Positions 42,701-56,814 of a DNA stretch of 64,000 nt are shown here, in pieces. The stretch lies in assembly GCF_009914755.1 (NCBI RefSeq), contig NC_060930.1. One strand, 5' to 3'. Each line of letters begins with the position of its first letter. Position 1 is the stretch's first letter. Made by a program: the position numbers and the translations under genes. The stretch comes from the human T2T-CHM13v2.0 reference genome, Homo sapiens. A model generated the notes under the pieces. It saw only the letters and a list, made by a program, of their open reading frames with translations. It had not been told where the DNA came from and ran no database searches.

Positions 42701-44937
42701 AGCATGGGTAGAAAAACATGAATATAGTCACTGAGTTTCTTAAAAGTGCTGGATACTATGCTAGACACTGGAAAGGAATATAATGCTGAATGAGAAAGAC
42801 ATAGTTCTTAGCTTTACAGACCTTGGAATCTATCTGGGAAAACAGACATTGAACAAAGAGTTGCCACCATTCCAGATGTCTTGCTATTTCCCAAACACAT
42901 GATTTTTTAACGAATTATTCTTTTTTCTATACCCTGCCTGTACTTCTCTTGACCCTTCTTCTGCTGTGCAGGTCTCTGTGACTGTGCAATTTTCCCTGAT
43001 GACCCCTGCAGGATTGATCTTGCCTTCTTTCTGATATCGCTGTGCCTTTCCTTTTAATCTCTAGATGCAATAATCAGTTTTCCTTTCTGTCTCTGCCAAC
43101 TATCTGTGAGCTCCTTGAAAATAAGGACCACTTACTGTCTATCCACCATCATGGCACATGGTAGGTAACATATATATGTTTAATAGCTGTGTTGACATGT
43201 AAAAAGTGAAGTACTAAGGCACTTATATGGATAACACAAGTTTCAAATAAAAGCACAATACAGAAGTCCTTTGCCTCAAAAAGTCAGATACTGTTGAACA
43301 AAAACTTATTTTAACATAGCAAATATAAATACAATTGTAGTCACCACTAAAGGTGATTTTTTACTTGCAACAAGAAATAACTTACTTTAGCCCATTCTCT
43401 TTTTGGAGTTTTCTTTGTCAAAATATTGACTTTCCCTTGTGTATAGAACTCCATTTATATGCCATCAAAATAAGTAGGTTAATGGGGAATTCAGGAAATT
43501 TTGATTAAAACATTATCATTCAAGGACTTTTTTTTCTACCTTTGATTTATGCAGAATTTTGTTTATTATTGGCCACTTTGCTTGGAAAAAATACTTTTTT
43601 ATATAAGTATGTCCATAAGAAAAACACTAATTTTTTTTAGTTAGCATTTTTCTCCTCACATTGATACATTGTGAGGCTTCTCTGACTTGCTTTATATGTA
43701 TAAGGATTGATAACTTCTTATAGCAATAATTTTTTTTACTGTAAATTTGGTTACTACTTCAGATAATGTGCTACCTTAGTGTAGCATAACTTTTTTCCCA
43801 AACTACTTCCAAGGATTAAGTCTTACTAAATACAATTTTCAGAAAAATCTTTTAATAATTATCCTGGGGCATCTGTGATTAAAAAGACCCCCATATGTTA
43901 TTATTAAATTCACTTGTATGCAGAAGCAACTTGAAATTGAGATGACAGTTTTGCTATTACATGAATTTGGCCAGAACATACTATAATAACTATATTCTCT
44001 GCTGCCCTGTCACTAAAAATTTTTTCAAGATTTTCTACACCAAAGAATTTCTAATCACATACACATTTAAGAAAGTACTACATTAGAACAAATACCTAAT
44101 GCATGTTTTTTACAATCATAAAAACACAGATGAATTTAGTTTTCCATTATCTTGCCAGTGACTGGAACCTGGCTTTTGCCCTGAGACTTGATCTCACAAA
44201 GACATATCCTCTTCCTATTTCCAGGACTTCTGTGGCTTTTATTAGACCACCCCATCAACACAGAGAGAAGACAGCCATTTGCTACATATAATTCAAAAGA
44301 ATTTCTTCAAGACTTTTTTGAGGTAATATCAGAAAGTTTCCTTGATCTCTGCATTAAAAGAAAATTGGATCTTAAAGTTAACTCTACAGAAATGCACCCT
44401 TTGGAGTATCACAAATAAAACAGGTTTTCTGCCTGGGGACAGTTGTCTATTGCCCTAGCAGGTTGCACTTACTATACTATGGAAAATGAAACACTACTAC
44501 ATTTATCTGTCTGAAAAATTGCCCCAAGAAGGATGTTTACTATCTCCACTATTATTTCATGTTGAATTGGGAGTGTTGGACATTGTATTCAGATAAGACA
44601 AAACAAACAGGGGCACAAGAATGGGGAAAAATAAAGGAATAAAACTATGTCTATTTGCTACTGATGAGATAATATTCTTGGGAAACCTGAGATAGTCAGT
44701 AATAAAATGAACATATACATAAATTTGGTAAGGATACAATTTTATTATATGAAAATCAATAATCTCATATATACAAACAATAACCAGTTAGAAGACATAA
44801 TGGAAGAAAAACCCCATTTACAACAACAAAAATATAAAATAGGAATAAACTTAAAAAGAAATGTGAAAAATCTACAAGGGAAACTTTAAATACACCTGAA
44901 AAGGGACAAAAGCAGATTTTAATTAAAAGAAATTCTT

Positions 44938-45274
44938 GTGTGTGTGTGTTTGTGTGTGTGTGTGTATGTGTGTGTGTGTTTTGAGATGATGTTTCACTCT
45001 GTCACCCAGGATGGAGGACAGTGGCAAGATCATGGCTCACTGCAGCCTCAAACTCCTGGGCTCAAACAGTCCTCTTGCCTGAGCCGCCGTTGGGACTACA
45101 GGCATGTGTGACCACAGGCACGTGCAACCCTGCCTGGCTAATTTTTTGAATTTTTTTTGAGAGACAGGGTCTCACTTTGTTGCCCAGGCTGGTCTTGAAC
45201 TCCTGTGCTCAGGCAATCCTCCTACCTTCTCCTAAAGTCCTGGAGATTACAGGCATGAGCCAGTGTTTCCGGCT
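44938..45274 (-). mobile_element. AluJ whose tail has become a (CA)n microsatellite
   Basis: (TG)n followed by a reverse Alu; TSD gaaattctt. Confidence 0.9.
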
Positions 45275-45645
45275 GAAATTCTTTATTCTTACATAGAATG
45301 ACTCAACATAAAAAAGTTAATTCTCCCCAAGTGAATATATAAATTAAATGTGATCTAACAAAAATCCAACAAGTTTTATTTCTAGAGCTGTATAAGTTGA
45401 TTCTAAGGTTCATATTGTAAAATAAACAAAAAAGTAGCTAGGAAAATTTATTCTGAATAACGTTTTACCAATTACCAAAGTTATACAAACTTCTGTACTT
45501 AAAATAGAGGGTACAGGTGCGTACAGAGACACATTAGTAAAAAAAAAAGTATTATAGCAATTTCAGAAAGAGAAACAAGCACATATAAAAATGTAATATA
45601 TGATAAAGATGGTGTCTCAAATCACTGAGCAAACACAGGCTTTTT

Positions 45646-45879
45646 TTGTTTTTATTTTACTTTAAGTTCTGGGATACATGTGCAGAACGTGCAGGTTTGT
45701 TACACAGGTAGACATGTGCCATAGCGGTTTGCTGCACCTATCAACCCATCATCTAGGTTTTAAGCCCTGCATGCATTAGGTATTTGTTCTAATGCTCTCC
45801 CTCCCCTTGCCCCCAACCCCCCAACAGGCCCTGGCGTGTGATGTTCCCCTCCCTGTGTCCATGTGTTCTCATTGTTCAA
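45646..45879 (-). mobile_element. L1PA8-like 3' end, ~235 bp
   Basis: ctaggttttaagccctgcatgcattagg; perfect 15 bp TSD aaacacaggcttttt at 45631 and 45880; TT/AAAA endonuclease site. Confidence 0.93.
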
Positions 45880-45997
45880 AAACACAGGCTTTTTAATAAA
45901 TTATGTTAGAACAACTGGAAAATCACCCTTACTTTACATCATAGACGAGAGCAAACTCTAAATGGGGCAGACATCTAATGTCAAATATGAAACAATA

Positions 45998-46385
45998 TGC
46001 TATGGTTTGAATATGTCACTTCCAAAACTCAGGTGTTGCCAATGTGATAGCATTAAGTGAGGCCTTTAAGAGAATATTAGACCATGAGGGCATTTCTTTT
46101 AACAATGGGATTAAGGCTTTATAAAAGAGGCTTTGCACAGCATTTGGCTTACTTGCCCTTTCATTTCTTCCACCATGTGAGGATACAGCACATCTCCCCT
46201 TTGGAGGATGCACCAACACAGTGCCATCATGGAAGGAGAGATAGGGCCCCTTATCAGACACCAAGACTGCTGGGACCTTGATCTTGGACTCTCAGCCTCC
46301 AGAACTGTAAGAAATAAACTTTTTGTTCTTTATAAATTACCCAGTCTCAGGTATTTTGTTCTAGCAGCACACACTGACTAAGATA
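45998..46385 (+). mobile_element. MSTC-like MaLR solo LTR
   Basis: tgctatggtttgaat...caggtgttgccaatgtgatag...gactaagata. Confidence 0.85.
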
Positions 46386-47396
46386 CCACACAAGGACTGG
46401 AAGAGAACTGGTGAAGTTTTTTAGTAAGCTATGGATAAGTTATGACTCAAGTTCCAGATACAATAAAAGACTGATACACTCAAGTACATTAACAAAAAAA
46501 CAACAACCTCTGAATGACTTAAAACACCATAAACAAAGTCAAATGACAAATGGTAGATGGGGACAAAATATTGGCTATGTTTATCTGTCTCAAAAATTTC
46601 CCTAAAAAGGATGTGCACCATCTCCACTATCATTCCATGTTGCATTTATCATAGATAAACACAGGACTTGTAGCTCTAACATACAAAAATTTCTTAAATA
46701 GATTTTTCAAAATCTATTTAAGAAATGAGCAAAGGACACAACCAGTTCACAGAAAAAAGGCCCTCAAATATATAACAAGTTTTATAACTTCTTTCATAAT
46801 AAGATAAATACAAATGGAAACTTCAATGAGATACCATTTCTCGCCTATTAGAATTAAAAAATTCAAAAGCTTGATAACACATTTTGTATACAGGGCTATG
46901 AAAAACAGGTTCCCAAATATTGTGGATGAGAACGCAAAATGCTACAGTCTCTATGCAGGGAAGTTGGCTTTATCTAACAAAATTACACATGTGTTTATCC
47001 TTGGCACAGCAGCAATTCCCACTTGTGGGAATTAACCTGAAGATACACTTGCTCGAATGTGAGGGAAAAAACTAACAACATATGCACAAGGTTATTCACT
47101 GAAACATTATTTGTAACAGCAAAGTATTGGCAACAACCCAAATGTTCAATCACAGGAAACTGGTAGAATAAATTACGATGAATTCACACATGGAATACTA
47201 GTCACAATAAAAATAAAAAAGATTAAGAAAGACCTCAATTGATATGAAGTGATTTCCAGGATACACAATAATTTGGAAAAAAATCACCTAAGTATATGTA
47301 GTATACTACCTTTTGTGTAAGAAAGGGAAATGAGATGATATTTATGCATTAGATAGGTAGAAAGATATATAAGTAACAGATAGGCACATGCGCGCA

Positions 47397-47427
<31 letters not shown>

Positions 47428-47830
47428 TATAAAATAGCAATACAGGAAGGATAAACCAAAAATGAATATGTTTTTACCATAGAAAGAAAGTGGGTGGGAA
47501 CAGGGTGGAAGTGATAGCATTGGCAGTGAGACTCCTTGGTATGTACTTTTTATATCGTTTTTACTTTTGAATGCTGTAAATGCTTTGCACATTCAGAAAC
47601 AAAATTAAATTAAAAATAATGCGAAAAGATAATCCTGTAATCGGATATAAATGCAAACGAATGAGCCCATTTGTATAGAAAATTAATAACAATCACACAA
47701 AAAAATAAGTTTATTTAAGTATAATTTGAACGTCGTACCCTGACTGTATATCATTAATGTATTTTTCTAAGTATGAGAAAAACTGCAAAGAAATCTTGAA
47801 TTTTATTGCGAGGTTCCCCCCCACCACCCC

Positions 47831-48130
47831 TGAGACAGAGTCTTGCTCTGTCATCCAGGCTGTAGTATTGTGGTGCGATCTCGGCTCACTGCAACCTCCG
47901 CCTCCTGAGTTCGAGCAATTCTCCTGCCTCGGCCTCCAGAGTAGCTGGGATTACAGACGCCCGCCACCACGTCCAGCTAATTTTTGTAGTAGAAACAGGG
48001 TTTCTATTTTTTAGTAGAAACAGGGTTTCACCATGTTAGCCAGGCTGGTCTTGAACTCCTGACCTCATGATCTGCCCACCTTGGCCTCCCAGAGTGCTGG
48101 GATTACAGGCATGAGCCATCGCTTTCGGCT
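47831..48130 (-). mobile_element. AluS (AluSg-like)
   Basis: Reverse Alu; internal duplication of tagtagaaacagggtttc; no poly-A/T tail. Confidence 0.92.
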
Positions 48131-49570
48131 AAGTTTTGTTGTTGATAAGGCTATTGATGTAATCATACTGGACCTATTTTGTATGTACTGTAGAAAAGAC
48201 AAATTAGGAAATATATTTACGTTGTTGGGAACCAAGGTTTTCACTGCAAGACATAGGAGTTACTAATGTGAAATGGAAGAAGGTATTGGATTTGAATTGT
48301 AGCTATCAGTGTGAACTTCAGACATATATGTATTTCTAAATATGTTCCCCACTAAAAAAGAAAAAATATCAGAGTTCTTTCAGAAATGGCTGGTTCCAGG
48401 AAGGGATCAAGAAAGTACAAGGTAAAGCTTGGACATCTTTTGCCAGAAGCATGGGGACATAAAAAGACTCAAGAGCTGTCTGAATGGAATCCCACTTGCC
48501 ATGTTTGGGATAATTTGAACATCAAAAAGAATAATATAGGTAATGGATTACAACCTAGTAAATAAAAGAACCCACAAGTCCAAAAATGATACTCACTAAA
48601 AAGGCAGATGGATATGAAAAGTACTTCTTCACAAAAGAATGTCAATTAATGAATATATAAATAATAGAATTAGAAATCCCCCTTTTCCAAACACTCACCA
48701 TAATCATTTATTCAGGCAAAAATTCTCAATGGACGGTAAAACCATTGAGTGAGAAATTGTTGGGGCATAAGATATTCACATGGTCCCCTCAAAGTATTAT
48801 CCCACAGATGACATTAATTTCAAAGTGTAAAAGATTCCTTTACAATGTTGAGATCTTGGAAACACCACCATAAATGAGTGATCAGTGTTAGCATTATCAA
48901 TAATGGGACAAACTGACATCCTATACCTCTGAATGAGAAGCAGTGGGAAGTATACTTATGTAGTATTGCCAAAAATGGTGAACATGAATGTAATCGTGAT
49001 AAAACAGTCCAGTTGAAATTTGGGGCACTAAATAAGACAACTGGCCTTAATTGGTTAAAAAGAAAAGTCAATGTCAAGAAAGGCAAACAAATACCTAGAG
49101 GGATATCTTTTAAGAGACGAAGGAAACGTGAACATTACTGCAAGGAGTGACTCTTGATTAGATCCTGGAAAAATAAAACAGGAATAAGAGACATTAGAAT
49201 AACTGAAGACATTTGAATATAGATTTTAATTTGATGGCATTAGGGCATCAATGTGAACTGCCTTGTGTGTAATAATCTCATGGTATTGTGGTTAGAGAGA
49301 TATTGTGGTTAGGAAGAAAAACGTATTTGTTTTTAGGTGACACATACTAAAGTACCCAGTGCAGAAGTATTATGATGTCTGCAACTTATATTCAAATGGT
49401 TCTGTAGGAAAAAGCAAAACAAAACGTAGAAAGTAAAAGGGAAATGACAAACAGGCAAAATGCTAACAACGGGTGAATCTAGGTGGAGAATATATAGATA
49501 TTAACTGTACTATGCTTTAGACATTTTTTTTTGTTGGTTTGACTTCTTAAAAATAAAAAGTTGAGGAAAA
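48130..49570 (+). mobile_element. L1MC4/5-type 3' region
   Basis: cagaaatggctggttccagg, gatattcacatggtc..caaagtattatcccacag, gtgaatctaggtg. Confidence 0.7.
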
Positions 49571-50145
49571 ACAAACCATACTGCAAAAAATTTTTTTTCT
49601 TGAGGTGGTTTCTACTCTATTGAGCATCTTAAGACAATTGTACATCATTCACATTCAAGTAGTTTATAGCAATTTTCCTTCGCAGATTGCAATCAGATTG
49701 ATCAAATAACAGGAGTAGAAATGTTTATAACCACAGCAATAGCCTCTTCAAGTTTAAACATGTGATTCTAACTAAGGAGGGAAAACGGTGTGGTAGAATT
49801 TCCCTAAAATCACAGAGGCTTTGTGTCATGCTTCCTAAATAAAAGGATTAATATTGTCAAGAAGACTGTGGAAAAGATAATTTTTAAAAAGAGATGACTC
49901 TTACTTTGGAAAAATATTTTGAGCGGATCAAGCTCTTTTCAGTGTGCCTTAAAACAAAATACCTGTATTTCGACTCTTTTCTTGTAAGGCAGCCATTGAT
50001 TTAAGTATCCTTGTCTCGCTGACTCACATTATTTCTTATCCATCAGGTGAATTAAAGATGACCAGGTTAGTAGTTTGCACTTCAGAAAATCATGAGCTGC
50101 TCCATGGCAATTTATGGTCTCTGGATAGCTTGTGTTGCTAGCCTT

Positions 50146-50165
50146 CTCTCTTTCTTTCTTTCTTT

Positions 50166-50229
<64 letters not shown>

Positions 50230-50512
50230 TTTTTGATGGAGTCTTGCTCCGTCGCCCAGGCTGGAGTACAGTGGTGTGACCTCGGCTCACTGAAACCTCT
50301 GCTTCCGGGTTCAAGTGATTCTCCTGCCTCAGCCTCCAAGTAGCTGGGACTGCAGGCATGCGCCACCAAGCCCAGCTAATTTTTGTATTTTTAATAGAGA
50401 CGGGGCTTCACCATGTTGGCCAGGCTGGTCTCAAACTCCTGACTTCAAGTGATCTGCCTGCCTGAGCCTCCCAAAGTGTTGAGATTACAGGTGTGAGCCA
50501 CCACGCCCAGCC
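50146..50512 (-). mobile_element. AluS (Sx/Sz-like) with an expanded (GAAA)n tail
   Basis: (TTTC)n at about 50150-50228, then a reverse Alu; partial TSD ctagcctt. Confidence 0.93.
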
Positions 50513-50968
50513 ACCTAGCCTTATTTCTTTAGAGGTTTTCCTTAAATGTGCTCATTACTTCTCCAAATGGCAAACATGTGACTTGGAGTATCAAAACCTA
50601 TCTAAGTCTATGCAATTTGTGACCAGAGACAAATTTATGTGTGGGGAAAAGAAATGAGTCATCCTTTTGTAATTAGTGACCACCAGCCTGGCCACGAAAA
50701 CTACCAGGACACAGACCTACACTTCAAAACTTTTTCCTATGTTGATCTTCTGAGAATCAATTTTTATTACCTCCCTTATGAGAAATTAGACAAAATGCAA
50801 AGCATCATTATCTTAGAGCAATTATTTTTACTCTGTTAAAGCTAAGAGCTTCCATTGTCGTGAATAACATACAGTCCCAAAGCATGGTGGGTGATGAGAA
50901 GAAAGTCTTCAATTCTCCCATTTAATTTTGTCCAGTATTTTGCCTACCTCCAAATTAGAATGTCTGTC

Positions 50969-51324
50969 CAGGCTAGCAGAGCTGTATGGTCACCAAGGGG
51001 ACTCAGATTTTTGGGAGTCTGACATTTATTTATTTATTCGTTTGTTTTCATAACCAACTTCAAGAAAAATAATTCAAAAGTTATAAAAAGAAAGTCAGGT
51101 ACAAATATAAATGTTTATTTAGAATGCGAAAGAAATCACACCTAAGTATAACTTTTAAAAGCTAACAAATACCACAAATAGAAGAATCCTGAAAAATTAT
51201 ATATATTTATATATAATGTTTATATTATAATGTGTATATATAGTACACATGTATATCTACATACATATATATGTATATTTGTATATATACACATATATAA
51301 TATGTAATACACATTATATATGTA

Positions 51325-51364
<40 letters not shown>

Positions 51365-52169
51365 AAATTACTTAACTCCCTAATACATCTTTTCATTTTT
51401 TGGCTGTAATCTATCAATCAACTTTTCATGAGACATCAATTTTTATAATATTTGTAATAAAGACAGTAGTGAGGTAATTTAGTCTTTCCTCAAGCATGTC
51501 TGATTGAACTTTATAGAATGCAATTACTTAGAAACTTTCTGCCTTTATAACTTGTTTTGGGTAATGTCCTGAAATTTTAAGCATTGTTGCCAAATTTGGA
51601 AAAATCTCTAATGTTTCTTTCATATACAAATTATGAGATTTTAGGCCATTATTGAGTACATGTTTTGGTGGGAGAGAACTTTTGTTTTGATTGAGAATCA
51701 GTAAAAGCCTAACTCTCACAATTTTAGATATCTGATTATTGGAAGATGAAATTATGTTTCCAGGTATTTCAAGCCTCATTCCTCATTTATCTTTCACTGC
51801 TTACATGTTCTGAAAGTAGGAATTGTAGGCACCTTTGTGTAATATGCAAGATGAACAGTCATAGGAGATGGTAGAAGTTTTTCTGGAAGCAAACTATGCA
51901 GTGGCAACCAATCTAACTATACATGGAGTTGGCTGTGAACCATGTAAGTATATTATGCTGGACCCAGCACTTCTCCATGGCTGCTCTGGGACCTTCTGCC
52001 AGAGGAGGAGTATGATGCAGGAGAAGTCATGGTAGAAGATGACAATAGCATTACCCAATTGCAATAAGAATATCTTACTTTAGCAAATTTTACAAAAGCG
52101 TATGAACATGTGAACACTTTACTAGGAATTAATCTTCTTCATTAGTTTCAGAGTAAACCCATTTCTGGC
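50969..52169 (-). mobile_element. hAT-Tip100 (Zaphod-like) DNA transposon remnant with transposase C-terminal fossil
   Basis: Minus-strand translation gives EIFPNLATMLKI...KAESF and MLEERLNYL, resembling the hAT dimerization domain; terminal region caaattttacaaaa..tatgaacatgtgaacac...cttcattag. Confidence 0.7.
51198..51365. repeat. Compound (TA)n/(TG)n microsatellite
   Basis: Seen directly. Confidence 0.9.
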
Positions 52170-53599
52170 CATGATTACAATAGGAGAGCTGTCCTTGTCC
52201 AAGTCTTTAGTATTTGCGGAGGAGCCAAAAAATACAGGGACCATGCTTTGTGGCCCTCTCCATTCATCCATGCCATGAACATCTGTGTAGGAGTAAGAGG
52301 AAGCAATATATTTTACTCTTCTGTTGGTGCATCTTCATTTGAGTTTGCCCACATGGATACGTAGGAATGAATGAAATTAGCAAGCTTTTTTGGGGTGCAG
52401 TGGTAGTCGGTATATAGCCTAATGGAATATTGTGAAATTTTTAATTATATGATCACTGGGATGCCTCATAACTGTACAGAAAAATATTTCAAATAACATT
52501 TTCAAATGTAATAAGTTTAATATTCCAGCAAATACTGAATATTAGGTGAAAGGGATGAATTATGACCTGAAAGGAAAATGGGAAGTATATATAAATATCC
52601 ACAAAGGCAAAAAGATATTAGCGTAACATTACAAAATCCAACCAGAATATTTGAAAAAAAAAAAATAAGGGTAAATACCACTCTGCATTTTCCCTTCTCC
52701 TAGGGAAGAAGTTATTTATGTAGAGTAGAAGATATGATAGGATATTTCCTTTTTGAAGGTGGTGGCAGGTGGCTGCCTGTTGGAGTGTGAAAAACAAGTA
52801 GAATCATTTGGATGCAATTCTGAAAATATTAATCAAATGACAAAATACAAGCAGGGAATAATTTTCCCTACCTCTTGGGATTTTTTTGTGGAGAAACTTA
52901 GGAAGCTATTGGAATAATGGAAGGTGATAAACTATGTCTCTAAGAAATAATAACTACCAACATAAAATGAGATGAATTATTTGATAATATAGACTGTGAA
53001 AAGATGCCTTTCAAAACATATTCAATACAGATTTCTTCTTTAGCAGTTAGTTACTGTGATTTAAAATTTTTACACATCTTCAGAAGCTCACTGTATGCAA
53101 TATTGCAATATATATTTGTATTATTGCCCAAAGAAACTGACAAGGACTAATTTTTTAGTTGACATTAGTTGAGTCTAGTAACCTTTTTGATTTTCTGTGC
53201 AGAGGGGCGTGTCTGTGTGTCTGTGTAACTGTGTGTCTGAGCTTTCATACCAATAGATTGAGAATCTAAAAGCTTATGTTTCATTTCTACCTGTCACCAA
53301 CTAGTTCTTTAATTTTAGAAAAATTCCTTAAATTAAGCCTTAGTTTTATCATTTGTATAGTGAAGACTGGGACATACAATATCTAAGATTTCTTTACATT
53401 CGAACATTCTATGATTCTATGTATGTTTGTTGAATACTAGCATTCCTTTATTCAGGAAATGGATTAAACAAAACCTAGGCTATTGAAAATGAAAATATGA
53501 TTAAGATTACTGATTCCATAACTAAAGTAACTAGGTAATGAGTATTAATGGCCCTAAGATTACTTGAGGCTTCCACCTAATGCTGTCATCTCTCCATCA

Positions 53600-54570
53600 G
53601 CCGTAATTTTTTGCCTTTTTTCTCTCCTCAGTCTCAGCAGATGATCTTATCTCCTGCTACATCTAGAAAATGGAAGCCATCAGACTCCATCTTCTCACCA
53701 CTGAGGCTACAAAAGATATCTACACCTGCAACCCTTTCCCTTTTTTTCTTCTTCCCTTTTGTTATGATGTATAAAGTGTCCCTTATCTAATAAAGAGCTA
53801 ATCATTCTGCTTGGGGTTGTAGCCCCTTCCCTCTTACTTCAAGGACTTCAATGCTCCCTTCTCCTGGAAATAGCCTCCTCCCTCAGCTTCCCTGAAGCCA
53901 CACCCTGCTGAATTTTTACCTACTAAATTATCCCTGCTCTCTCTTCTTACTTCGTTTCCAGGATTCCCTCTCTGTCTCAGATCTATCAGTGTTGGAGGCC
54001 ATCTGTGCTTGGTTCAAGGTTCTCTTCTGCCTTTTCTCAGTCCTCACTTCTAGGTGCTCTCATACATTCTCACAGCTTTATATCCTTTCTATTTGCTGAC
54101 AAATGTCAAATATATATGTTCAGCGTGACTGCATATGCAAATAACTGCATATATGCAAATGACTACATGACTATTACTTGTATGTTTCTCAAATATTCAA
54201 ATTTAGGCTATATAAAGCCAAATTCTCAATCCTGTCTGTAACTACTTTCAACTTGGAAATAAAACATTCAATTCTCTCTCTGTCTATGGCCTCCATGCTC
54301 ATGATAGCTCAGGTGAGCAACTATGGTCTTGATTCCTCTTGTTCCTACCATCAACATTCAAGCCTAGAGTACTGTTGTTTCTCCCTCCAAATTATGTCAT
54401 GAACCTGCCTGTTTCTCTTCATTTCAAATGTAAGCTTCTTAGTCCACACCACTATGTTTTCTCACATGGGCTTTTGTAATAGTTTCATGGCCTCCTCCCT
54501 GCTTCCACTTTTGTTTATTTATATCTCCTGCCCTCCCAGCATTGAGAGTATACAATAAAGATGCTATTAT
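53600..54570 (+). mobile_element. L2 fragment
   Basis: Pyrimidine-rich L2 motifs: cagcagatgatcttatctcctgctac, ctcacttctaggtgctctcatacattctcacagcttta. Confidence 0.7.
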
Positions 54571-56501
54571 TAGAAAAGTGATATAAAGACAATAATTATT
54601 CAGGGAATACAGAAAAGTAAGAATAACAATGTCAAAATTCTCCTGAAACCCTACCACTTGGAAATATGAGCTAAATATTGTTGTAAAAAACTATTTATGC
54701 ATTTCTTAGATAGGTGGATAGATGGCAGACATTGTTTTATAAGAAAAGATACTATTTAATATTATTACATTTTACTAATAGCCACTCCTTTGAAATGTGT
54801 GTGTATGTGTGTGTGTATACATGCATATATAGTTATATACAATTTTGTCAAAATAAGGAAAATTTTATAAAGAATAAACAGCATTAAAGGGCTTGCTATA
54901 AAAAGCAACCATCGGTTACCACATCCCATCCCTTCCTGAGTATGTCATCTTAAACCCTTGATAACTTTTATTTTACATTTTTAAAATTCTAAGTTGATTA
55001 GTCATGAGGGTTTGGATTATCTACTTTAAACATTATCTACCAACTTCCTGCCATGGTAAATGAGGTTTTAGCTCACTTATACTTCACTTGACTCCCCTCT
55101 CTTCCTCTTCCCACAGCAAGTTTTACTACTTTTAATTCCTCTTGTGGTTACTTTCACACCTGCAAGACTATACGTTTTCTCCTGATTTCTTGTTCTGTTA
55201 GTTAGACACAACCTATCGTGACCCCATACCTTGTAAGGTGAAGAAGGCCCTTAATCCCTCCCCCCTTTCTCTTCCTTACCTTTGCAAGATTTGTTTTCAC
55301 TTTTGTATTGGTAAGCCTCAAAAAAATTACCTTTTATCATATAACCACAGTTAGATTGTCTGTGTTTTCACTTTGTTTAGACGTTAGAAGTTGAAAAATC
55401 AGCAGGCATTGCTTACATTATCACAACTATGTGAATGTGGTTCATTGCTGAGCCAAGCAGTGATTACATAACATATAATTTTTGCGTACAGTGCTCCTTT
55501 CCCTCAAATTTCTACTTGCCTTTTTTTTTTCTTTAGCCAATCTTTAGGTTTATGATAGCTGTTTTAAGGATACTATCAAGTTTATGAAATACCACTCTGC
55601 CCCAGCATACACCTTTTTTTAAATGTACACTTATTTTCGGACCCTACTTTAGGACTGATTTTGCTGCACAGCAGTCAGCTTGGATCTTCCCTTTCTTCTT
55701 GTCCCAGGTTAGACTTGCTGTTTCCTACATCCCATGCCTTTCCCATTTTAAATTACTTTTTTCAATGTTTCTTTCTGACCCATAAGTAACCTCATAATAA
55801 AGGATGCAGGGGAGATACATTTTATGAGTCTTTAGAGATTGGAAAATACTTTTATTCTATCATCATACTTGATGAATGATTTGGCTGGGTAAAGATGTTT
55901 AAGTTCAAAGTCAGTTTCACCAGACTTTTGAAGTTGATGCTCCTTGCATGACTTCAGTGTTGCTGTCTTTTCTCTCTGAAGCTTTCAGAATATTCTCTTT
56001 AACCTTGATATTTGCAAATCTCTCAATATTATGTTTAGGATTTTTTAAAAAATTTCACTTACTGTGCTGGACAGTTCCTGGAGCCTCAAGAAAGCTAATG
56101 TGTGCTATCATCTTTGCACAGCCATGTGCCACGTAACAATCAGTCAACAGTGGACTGCATATATGACAGTGGTGCTTTAAGATTATAATGAAGCTGAAAA
56201 TTCCTATGGCCTAGTGAGTTCATGGCCATCATAATGTGGTGCAACGCATTACTCACATGTTTGTGATGATGCAGTTATAAACAGATCCCAACACCGAAAG
56301 ATTTTCATCAATAGAGAAGATGCTCATGATGCATTATCTACTTACAAGCAAATCTATGCTGAAAAAGGAAACAAACCAAACAAACAACTATAGACATATT
56401 TCTGAAAAGAGTGACACCTGCTCAAGAAGAACCTCAGGTAAGTTTTCAGGAGATGTTCAAGAAGAAGACACTGTTATCACAGGAAACAACACCTCCATGT
56501 G

Positions 56502-56814
56502 TTTTTGTTTTGATTTGAGACAAGGTCTTGCTCTGTCACCCAGGTGTGCAGAGGCAGGATGAGGTCTCGCCACAGCCTTGACTTTCCAGGCTCAAGCGAT
56601 CCTCCCACTTTAGCCCCCTAAGTAGCTGGGACTACAGGTGGACGCCACTATGCCCAGCTAACTCTTTTGTGGGTTTTTTTTTTTTTTTAATTTTTAGCAG
56701 AGACGAGGTCTCACTATGTTGCCCGGGCTGGTCTCCAGCCCCTGATACCAAGTGATCCTTCCCCCTCAGCTTCCCAAAGTGCTGAGATTACAGGTATGAG
56801 CCACTGCACCTGAT
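56502..56814 (-). mobile_element. AluJ
   Basis: Reverse Alu (gctcaagcgatcctccc, gaggtctcactatgttgccc); degenerate TSD around ctccatg. Confidence 0.9.

Larger units (their letters stand above)
44570..47620 (+). mobile_element. Old L1M ORF2/3' region with nested AluJ, L1PA8-like tail and MSTC
   Basis: Degenerate RT-region sequence (aaactatgtctatttgctactgatg) followed by L1 3' motifs. Confidence 0.7.

Noticed and set aside
50092-50369. KERK/SFFL repeat proteins
   Set aside because: Translations of the (TTTC)n tract and the Alu.
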